Below the pieces are notes generated by a model. It had not been told where the DNA came from. It was given only the letters and a program-made list of their open reading frames with translations, and did not search any database. Of a stretch of 64,000 bases of DNA, positions 15,368-25,000 are shown one piece after another. Origin of the DNA: Thermoanaerobaculia bacterium (GTDB taxonomy: Bacteria; Acidobacteriota; Thermoanaerobaculia; Multivoradales; UBA5704); NCBI GenBank assembly GCA_044866775.1, contig JBIOUG010000174.1, positions 951 to 64,950 on the forward strand, written 5' to 3'. How positions within the stretch are numbered: the first letter of the stretch is position 1; each line of letters opens with the position of its first letter. Position numbers and translations under genes: made by a program.

Positions 15368-15451
15368 CTAGGCGCGAAAAGCTTTTCGCGCCGTATCCAT
15401 ATGGATTCTAGGAGCGCTGTCCGTCCCGCGCCCAGCGGGACGGGCTCCTAG
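15368..15451 (-). repeat. ~81-nt double-hairpin interspersed element, copy C (intergenic, opposite orientation)
   Basis: Perfect palindrome ggcgcgaaaagcttttcgcgcc, followed by the long imperfect hairpin ggagcgctgtccgtcccgc-gccca-gcgggacgggctcc. It is bounded by ctag. Confidence 0.9.
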
Positions 15452-15531
15452 AGGCGCGAAAAGCCTTCGCGCCGTATCCGGTAGATTCCAGGAGCGCTGT
15501 CCGTCCCGCGAACAGCGGGACGGGCTCCTAG
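15452..15531 (-). repeat. ~81-nt double-hairpin interspersed element, copy D (intergenic, tandem to copy C)
   Basis: It immediately follows copy C, with the same two hairpins and a few substitutions. Confidence 0.9.
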
Positions 15532-15564
15532 GCTACCAGCGCTGAAAGGCGGCGGAGCAACGAG

Positions 15565-16866
15565 ATGAGGGCCCGGCGCGCGGCGATCGGCCTCGCCGCC
15601 CTGTTGCTGCTCGGCGCCGCCGGGTGGCTCCTGCTGCGCCGGCCGGCGCGGCCGCCGGTCGCGGCGCGGCTGTCGGTGGCGGGTGCGCTGGGCGGGCCGG
15701 CGGAGGCGGGGTTCGCGCGGGCGCTCGCGCCGCGCTCGTTCGCCTTTCCCGCCGACCACGGGCCGCACCCGGCGTTCCGCACCGAGTGGTGGTACTTCAC
15801 CGGCAACCTGGAGACCGAGGAGCCCGTCCCGCTCTTCGCGGGACGGACTGCGCTCCTCGGATCGATTGGATACGGCGCGAAAGCCTTCGCGCCTCGTCGG
15901 GGCGGGCGGCGGTTCGGGTACCAGCTCACCTTCTTCCGCAACGCCCTGGCGCCGCGGGCGGCGGCGCGCGCCTCGCGCTGGGCGGCGCGCCAGGTCTTCC
16001 TCGCGCACTTCGCGGTGACCGATCCGGGTGCCGGGCGCTTCCTCGCCTGCGAGCGCTTCCGCCGCGAGGCGCTGGGGCTGGCGGGCGCCCGCGCGGTTCC
16101 GTTTCGCGTCTGGCTGGATCGCTGGTCGGCGGCGTCGGCCGCACCGGCGGCGGCGGCCGTCGGTGACCAGACCTTCCCGCTGCGGCTGCGCGCCGCCGCC
16201 GAGGACGTCGCCCTCGATCTCACGCTCGCGAGCGGCAAGCCGCCGGTCCTCCAGGGCGAGCGCGGCCTCTCGCGCAAGGGGTCGGCCCCCGGGCAGGCCT
16301 CGTACTACTACTCCCTCACCCGCCTGCCCACCACCGGCCGGCTGCGCCTCGACGGCCGCACCTGGGCGGTGCGCGGCGCCTCGTGGATGGACCGCGAGTG
16401 GAGCACCAGCTCGCTCTCGCCGGGCCAGGTCGGGTGGGACTGGCTGGCGCTGCAGCTCGCCGACGGGCGCGAGCTGATGCTCTACCGGCTGCGCCTCCGC
16501 GGCGGCGGCGCGGATCCGGCGAGCGGCGGCGCCCTCGTGGCGCGCGACGGCACCGCCACGATCCTCGGGCTGGACGACGCCGCGGTCGAGGTCCTCGCCA
16601 CCTGGGAGAGCCCGGCCGGCGGCCGCTACCCGGCGCGCTGGCGGGTGCGGGTCCCGGCGGTCGGGCTGGACCTCGTCGTGCGGCCGCTGCTCGCCGATCA
16701 GGAGCATCGCGGTACCTTCCGCTACTGGGAAGGGGCGGTCGAGGCGGCCGGGACCTCACGCGGGACGCCGGCCGGCGGCCGCGGCTACGTCGAGCTGACG
16801 GGCTACGCCGACGGCGCGCCGGCGCCGGAGCGGCTCGGGGGTCGTCAAACAGCAAATTTCAGGTAG
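15565..16866 (+). CDS. AttH/CrtC-like (lipocalin-like hydratase family) protein, carries one in-frame repeat-element insertion
   Basis: N-terminal TM/signal segment. The family hallmark HPAFRTEWWYFTGNL ... FGYQLTFFR is interrupted by a 27-aa insert containing GAKAFAP. Confidence 0.75.
   Translation: MRARRAAIGLAALLLLGAAGWLLLRRPARPPVAARLSVAGALGGPAEAGFARALAPRSFAFPADHGPHPAFRTEWWYFTGNLETEEPVPLFAGRTALLGSIGYGAKAFAPRRGGRRFGYQLTFFRNALAPRAAARASRWAARQVFLAHFAVTDPGAGRFLACERFRREALGLAGARAVPFRVWLDRWSAASAAPAAAAVGDQTFPLRLRAAAEDVALDLTLASGKPPVLQGERGLSRKGSAPGQASYYYSLTRLPTTGRLRLDGRTWAVRGASWMDREWSTSSLSPGQVGWDWLALQLADGRELMLYRLRLRGGGADPASGGALVARDGTATILGLDDAAVEVLATWESPAGGRYPARWRVRVPAVGLDLVVRPLLADQEHRGTFRYWEGAVEAAGTSRGTPAGGRGYVELTGYADGAPAPERLGGRQTANFR
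15817..15896 (+). repeat. ~81-nt double-hairpin interspersed element, copy E (inside AttH-like CDS, in frame)
   Basis: gaggagcccgtcccgctcttcgcgggacggactgcgctcc...ggcgcgaaagccttcgcgcc. It encodes EEPVPLFAGRTALLGSIGYGAKAFAPR. Confidence 0.85.
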
Positions 16867-17071
16867 AGGAAAGGCTCGTTTCCGTGCGCCGGTGGCATGG
16901 ACGGAAACCTGTCCCGAGGCCTCCACCGCCGGGGCGAAGCGTTGTGGAGCCGGCCATGGCTCCGCGACCCGAACGACCGCCGGCCGAAGCCGGCGCTCGT
17001 AGAGTTCGGGTTCGCCCGGAAAGCGCATACAGTCTCCGTTCGAGAACCTGCACGCAAGGAGAGACGATTCG

Positions 17072-19069
<1,998 letters not shown>

Positions 19070-19074
19070 ACTTT

Positions 19075-19326
19075 ATGGAACCACGGGATGACGACGACGT
19101 GAACCGGCCCGGCTGGGTGGTGAGCGACGAGGGGAGCGCCGACAGCGCGCGTGACTTCGACCCGAAGCGGCCGGAGTGCGACGACGACGCGCCGGAGCCG
19201 CGCCGGGGGCCGGTGACGCACGGCACGCCTCTCGGGCCGGACGAGTACGCCCGGTTGAAGGAGAAGGCGAGGCGCGGGGGACCGGAAGACCGCGGCGGCC
19301 CCGCGCACCACGACCGCGAGCCATAG
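19075..19326 (+). CDS. Hypothetical small acidic protein (83 aa)
   Basis: The ATG lies 6 nt after the peptidase stop, and the sequence is non-repetitive (MEPRDDDDVNRPGWVVSDEG...). It has no recognisable motif. It is the in-frame tail of the spurious 16897..19326 ORF. Confidence 0.35.
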   Translation: MEPRDDDDVNRPGWVVSDEGSADSARDFDPKRPECDDDAPEPRRGPVTHGTPLGPDEYARLKEKARRGGPEDRGGPAHHDREP

Positions 19327-19349
19327 GATCTATTGGAACGGAGGGAGTC

Positions 19350-21116
19350 ATGGCGCAGCGCGCGAAGGCTTCGAGGGGAGGGCGGAAGACGACGGCGCGG
19401 AAGGGCGCGGCGGCGGCGGTCGCGCGGGCCCGCGGCGGCGCCAAGAGCGCGGCAGGCGCCCTCCGCGGCGCCGCCACCGGGCTCGCCGCCGAGGTCCTGG
19501 GCGACCTCCCGGGGCTGCAGAAGGTGCGGACCGTCCTCCGCGCCGGCAAGGCCGCGCTCGGCGCCGACTTCGATCCCGGGGCGATGGCGATGGCCGCCGC
19601 CGCCCTGGCCGGCCTCACCGAGTACGACCGCCCGCGCCCGGCGAAGACCCGCTTCCCGATCGACCTCGCCGCCTACGCCGCGCTCAAGGGCCAGGCGCCG
19701 GCGGCCCGGCGGCTGCGCGCGGCGCTCACCGCCACCGTCGCCGCCGACCGCGGCCGCAAGAAAGCCGGGACCGTCTCGGCGGCGGTGGTGGCCGGCGCCG
19801 TGGCGGCGCCGCTCGGCCCCGAGGTGGCGGCGGCTCCCGGCACCGTCGGCACCATCGCCGGCATCGCCGACACGCAGTGGTTCCCGCCCGACTGCACCCT
19901 CGCCGCCGGCCCGCAGCACGTCCTGGCGTCGGTCAACTCCTCGGTCGCCATCTTCCCCAAGACCGGCGGCAGCCCGGCGCTGCAGCGCACGCTGACCGCC
20001 TGGTTCTCGAACGTCATCTCGCAGGCCAAGATCTTCGATCCCAAGGCGCTCTACGACCAGCACGCCGGCCGCTGGGTGCTGGTGGCGGTGGCGCTGGGGA
20101 CGACCAGCAACACCTCGTTCTTCCTGCTCTCGGTGTCCAAGACCTCGGACCCGCTCGGCGAGTGGCGGAACTTCAAGCTCGACGCCACCAAGGACGGCAC
20201 GACGCAGACCCAGAACTGGGCCGACTACCCGGGGCTCGGCGTCGACGCGCAGGCGCTCTACCTGACCGCCAACATGTTCCGCTTCGACGGCGGCTTCCAG
20301 TACGCGAAGATCCGCATCATTCCCAAGGACGGCCCCTACTCGGGCGGCGCCGTCACCTTCCGCGACATCGTCAACCTGAAGAACGCCGAGGGCTCGACCG
20401 CCTTCACCCTCCAGCCCTGCCACACCTACGGCGCGCCGCAGGTGCAGTACTTCGTCAACTCGCTCTTCCCCTCGACCAGCGTCCCGACCCGCAATCTCCT
20501 CTCGCTCTGGTCGCTGACCAACCCGCTCGGCACGCCGGCGATCGCGCGGCGCAACATCGGCGTCACCAGCTACGGCCTGCCGCCCGACGCGACGCAGAAG
20601 GGCAGCTCGACGCTCGTCGACACCGGCGACGTGCGCGTGCTCAACGCCGTCTTCCGCGGTGGGTCGGTATGGTGCGCGCTGACCTCGCGCCACGACTGGG
20701 GGGACGGCAAGAACGTCGCCGTGGCGCACTGGTTCCAGATCAACCCGACCTCCGGCGCGAAGATCCAGGAAGGGTTCTTCGGCGTCACCGGCCGGCATTA
20801 CTACTACCCGGCCGTGATGCCCGACGGCAACGGCAACATGACGATGGTCTTCTCGCGCTCCGGCACGGCCGAGCACGTCAGCGCCCGCACCAGCGGCCGC
20901 CTGGCCGCCGATCCGCTGGGATCGCTGCAGGCGAGCGCCGACCTGCGCACCGGCGTCGCCCGCTACGTCCGCCTCGACGGCATGAGCCGCAACCGCTGGG
21001 GCGACTACGCCGGCATCGCCAACGACCCCACCGACAACCGCACGATCTGGTGCTACACCGGCTTCGCCGCGGCGGTCGACACCTGGGGGACGCACATCGG
21101 CGCGGCGCGGTTCTGA
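19350..21116 (+). CDS. Hypothetical protein: basic Ala-rich N-terminal ~180 aa plus beta-rich domain
   Basis: The ATG at 19350 is preceded by ggaacggaggga. The C-terminal ~400 aa have a globular, coding-like composition (WFPPDCTLAAGPQHVLASVN..., NRWGDYAGIANDP). The family was not recognised. Confidence 0.7.
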   Translation: MAQRAKASRGGRKTTARKGAAAAVARARGGAKSAAGALRGAATGLAAEVLGDLPGLQKVRTVLRAGKAALGADFDPGAMAMAAAALAGLTEYDRPRPAKTRFPIDLAAYAALKGQAPAARRLRAALTATVAADRGRKKAGTVSAAVVAGAVAAPLGPEVAAAPGTVGTIAGIADTQWFPPDCTLAAGPQHVLASVNSSVAIFPKTGGSPALQRTLTAWFSNVISQAKIFDPKALYDQHAGRWVLVAVALGTTSNTSFFLLSVSKTSDPLGEWRNFKLDATKDGTTQTQNWADYPGLGVDAQALYLTANMFRFDGGFQYAKIRIIPKDGPYSGGAVTFRDIVNLKNAEGSTAFTLQPCHTYGAPQVQYFVNSLFPSTSVPTRNLLSLWSLTNPLGTPAIARRNIGVTSYGLPPDATQKGSSTLVDTGDVRVLNAVFRGGSVWCALTSRHDWGDGKNVAVAHWFQINPTSGAKIQEGFFGVTGRHYYYPAVMPDGNGNMTMVFSRSGTAEHVSARTSGRLAADPLGSLQASADLRTGVARYVRLDGMSRNRWGDYAGIANDPTDNRTIWCYTGFAAAVDTWGTHIGAARF

Positions 21117-21169
21117 CGTACAGCCGGCAGCCGGCGCATTGCCCTTCCTGACCGAAGGACCTGCTCGCG

Positions 21170-21466
21170 AATCCGCCCGGTCGCTGGTAGAACCGGCCCC
21201 ATCCAAAAACGAACCAGCCCGATCCGAATGTGAACCAGCCCCAATCGGGACATAACCCGCCCGATCTGAATTCGAACCTGCCCGATTCAAATACGAACCT
21301 GCCCCAATCCAAGTGTGAACCCGCCTGATCCGAATACAAACCTGCCTGATCCAAATACGAACCAGTCCGATCCAAAGTCGAACCCGCCCAAACCGAATGC
21401 GAACCCGCCCGATTCAGATCAGAATCTGGCCGATTCAAGCCGGAACCGTCCGCTTCCGATCTCTAT
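21170..21466. repeat. Array of ~13-14 degenerate 21-bp (20-22) direct tandem repeats, consensus about GAACCnGCCCGATyCrAAtrc
   Basis: Units read directly, for example gaaccagcccgatccgaatgt, gaacctgcccgattcaaatac, gaacccgcctgatccgaataca, gaaccagtccgatccaaagtc, gaacccgcccaaaccgaatgc and gaacccgcccgattcagatca. The array is lower in GC than its surroundings. Confidence 0.85.
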
Positions 21467-21508
21467 CCGCCTGGTTCAGCTTTCGTTTGACCAGCTTCCG
21501 GTCGGACG

Positions 21509-21592
21509 CTAGCGATTCAGCAGCCCGAGCCGCAGCACCTTGGCGACGTGCAGCGCGCGGCGACCGGGCGCTGGGCGGTCCTGAGCGACAAC
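21509..21592. repeat. Decayed copy of the 3' end of the YdiJ-like oxidase gene (left direct repeat of the 4.3-kb island)
   Basis: The core agccgcagcaccttggcgacgtgcagcgcgcggcgaccgg (21528-21567) matches 25866-25905 with 2 mismatches in 40. The flanks are weaker. The minus-strand translation ...RRALHVAKVLRLGLLNR* compares with the gene end ...RRALHVAEVLRLALDG*. Confidence 0.8.
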
Positions 21593-21878
21593 GTTGCCCT
21601 GCGCCTCGGCGACTTCCCCCACCTCGCGTCCCTGCAGGCCGAGCTTGCGGCGCTGGTCGCCGAGGCCAAGCGCCTGCAGGCGCGGCAGAAGAGGCAGATC
21701 GGGGTGCTCCTCACCAAACGAACATCGCGCACGGATCGCGGCGCGCGGCCAGGAGATCAAGGAGCGCATCCAGGATCACCTGCGCGGCCACCTCGGCACC
21801 ACGAACAAGGAGCTGCTGCAGTTCGGCTTCAGGCCGCGGAGCGGCGGACCGCGCCGCAAGCGCCGCGCGCCGCGCTGA
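21548..21878 (+). pseudogene. Small conserved-hypothetical-like ORF, apparently frameshifted and 5'-truncated
   Basis: Frame 1 reads ...NVALRLGDFPHLASLQAELAALVAEAKRLQARQKRQIGVLLTKRT. Near 21715 the plausible continuation switches frame: EHRARIAARGQEIKERIQDHLRGHLGTTNKELLQFGFRPRSGGPRRKRRAPR*. The ORF's first codons lie inside the repeat 21509-21592. Confidence 0.35.
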
Positions 21879-22011
21879 GGAGCGCCGCCGGCAAGCCGCG
21901 GCACGTAGGGTCGCAGCCGGCACCAAGCACCCGCCCGCTTCCCCCGCGTGGGCCCGGGCCTTGCCCCGCGGCGCTGACCATGTCATCATTTGGTAAATCA
22001 CGGTCAATTCA

Positions 22012-25000
22012 ATGGGAACGACGACTGATCAGCCGTCGACGCACGTCGTCATCTCGGCCCCGAGCCAGTGGGGGCAGCAGGCCTGCGATCACCTCCTCCA
22101 TCGTGCAGTCGCTGATGGCGGCAGGGTAACCCTCATCGTCCCGCGCCGCGAGCGGAAACGCTTCGAGAGCTGGCCACCGACCATCCAGGAGTGGGAGGAC
22201 CAGCCGAGCCTCAAGGCGGTCCTCGAGCAGCGCCGCGCCTCGGGACGACCGATCGACTACGTCTACGACGATCAGTGCAACCACCTCGCCGCAGAATTGA
22301 TCTCGCAGCAGACTGCGCGCACGCATCTGACGGTGGGATACGTCACATCGAACGCCGACGAGCATTTCAACCACGCGGACTACCTCCTCCGCTTCTGTGA
22401 GCGGGTGCTGGTCGAGAAGCCGGTCTCACGGCTGTTCGACGAGATCCGTCCTGATGGCAAGTTTCCCCGCCTCGCCGCGAGCCTCCCGCCGGGGCGGTTC
22501 CTGGCGACCGCAGAGCACTTCCTGTTTCGGCCGGGAGTCACCAGGGCATGGCGGTCGGGTACCCTCCAGGGCTTTTTCGAGCGGCACCAGGAGTGTGATC
22601 TCCACTATGAGTTCCAGTTCGAGGAGCCGGAAGGCCGCGACGATCCCGCGCAGCGCCTCGGCGCCTACCAGGACGGGAGCATCCTCGACATCCTCGCCAC
22701 TCATGGTCTCGGGCCGGTGGCTTGCCTGCTGCTGCCGTTCGTCGCGGCGGCGCGAACCGATTTCTACACCGGCCTCGTGTGGCGACACGTTCGAAGCTGG
22801 CAGGCGAAGGACCCGCGTGGCGGGATGCTCAAGATCCCCGTGCTCGCCGAGACGGCGGCAGAGCTCCACGGCCGCCTGAGCCTGTCGCCGACACGCACGC
22901 TCCACCTCCACCTCCGCAGCGCCAAAGGGTGCCGCGAGCGCTTGCGTTTCTTCAGGTTCTACTGCCCCGCCGGGAAGTGTCGCAGTTGCTTACCAGGCGT
23001 GCGCGAGGACCGGGTGAGGGACCTCGCGGCTCGTCCTTCGCCGCAGGGGACGAGCGATCTTTTCGTCGCGGTGTCTCTGGGATCGGCCGGCTACACGGTT
23101 TTCGACTACAGCGACGCCACGAGTCTCGATCGCCTCTTCGTCGAGGTCGCTGGCGGGTATCTCTCGGACCGCCGAGGCAGCAGCGTCTCCGAGGCGGCGA
23201 ATGCGCAGGCCGCGATGCTCGACGCGCTCCTGCAGCCGGACTTCGGAGAGGAGGAGAAGCGACGCTTCGTGCCGGTCGAGACCGCCTGCCAGATCGTGCG
23301 CGCGGGCTTGCGGGCGCAGGGCGTCGCCTTCAACCGCGCGCGGGAGCCCTACTACGCCTGGGGCGAGGGACCGAAGTGGCCGAGCGAGCCGGCGAGCCAG
23401 ACGCGGAAGAGCAAGCTCGTACAGCTACACAGCCTGACGCCCGGTATCGACCAGCTCGCGGACGTCCTGCGGCTGCGGGGCGATCGGCGCAGACAGCGAC
23501 CCTACCACCGGGTCGTCACGGTGCTGGGCCCGGAAGGCGCGGGCAACAGCGACATCGCCCGCGCTTTGAGGGACTCAGAGCTCGCGGCCGAGAAGATCGA
23601 CATCCCGCGCGACGAGGATTGGGAGCAAGGCAGCTCGGCGGCGGCCGAGTCGCACCCGCCGAGCGGCTTCACGCTCGAGATGGTGCTGCGAAAGCTGGCG
23701 TCCAAGCTCCACCTCTCCCTGACGACCGCCCGCCGGCCGGCCGAAGAGCTGCCGGCGTATCTGCGGAAGGTCAGGCAGACGCTCACCGGCACGGATCTCC
23801 TCCTCTTCAACGGTGTGGACCGCCTGTCGGCCAATGACTGGCACGTGCTCGTGCGCATCCTCAACGAGCTTCCCGCCTCCTATCGGATGATCTTCGTCAC
23901 CAAGACCTGGGAGCGGGCGGGCGGCTTCGTCGTCCGCACCGAGGAGTTGATGAACTCGCTCCCCGGCCTGCTCGAAGGCACGCGGGCGTTACCCCTCGGG
24001 GATTACTTCCCCACTCCGGTCCCGGCCGGCGGCAGGCTCCGGAAGCAGTACGAGCGTCTATTCCGCGAGGAGGTCCTCCCGTTCAGCCGCGACAACCTCA
24101 CGGTACGCCAGCAGGTCGCCTCCTGGGTCTTCTACATGGCACTCCCTGCGGCGTTGAGAAAAGCGGGTCTGACGCTGCCCGCGAGCCACTGGTGGGATCT
24201 GCGGCCGTACCCCGCGCAACCTCAGTGGGACCTGGTGCGGGAGTTCATCCAGGACGAGATCGCCAGTCTGGACCTACCCAGCCCGCTGACGGCCAACCCC
24301 GAGGCGTTCCTGGATCGGGTCAGCCGCCTATGCCTCGCCATGGTGAGTGACGCCCAACGCCAGGCGGTTCGCAGCCTGGCGACTGTCTCGGGAGAGATTC
24401 CCAAGCGCCTGGTCGACGAGGTCTCGCCTGGATTGTTCGACGAGCTGCGCGCGCTGCGGCCGGCGCGGGCGCTGTTCGAGATCGTCACGGAGGACCGTGC
24501 GCTCCTCTTCCCGCGGGTGCGCAAAGCCGTGCTCGAAAGCGAACCCGAAGATCTCGACAAGCTGCGCACGGAGATCGAGCGGCGCCGCCTCCTCCTGTCG
24601 CTTCGCCGTCTCCGCCTCGCCGCCCCCGACCGGGCGGTGACACGCGCCCTCGGCGAACAGATGATCCGGCTCCTCTATGGCGCGTCGCTCGAGACCCTCA
24701 ACCTCGACGGAACTCCGTTCGAGTCGCTGTGCATGGAGCTGGTCGAAGAGCTAGAGACCTCAAGTGACCTGCACGGCGATCAAGCCGCCGGGTCTCTGAT
24801 CGAGCTGCTGACAGACGAAGCCACTCTCACCAGGACGAATCTCGGGCTTCTCGCACGAGCCCGATTGACGCGGCTCAAAGGGTGGCTGCTCCGGGGCGCC
24901 GCAGGGGTGGACCCGGCACAGTTGCAAAACGTGGCGAAGGTCCTCGATCACGCTTATGCGCTGGCGCAGCATTGCGTAGAGCGCAAGGACGGCCTCGAGC

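Noticed and set aside
21170-21466. Possible CRISPR array.
   Set aside because: The repeats are contiguous, degenerate 21-bp units with no interspersed unique spacers, and no cas genes are present in the window.
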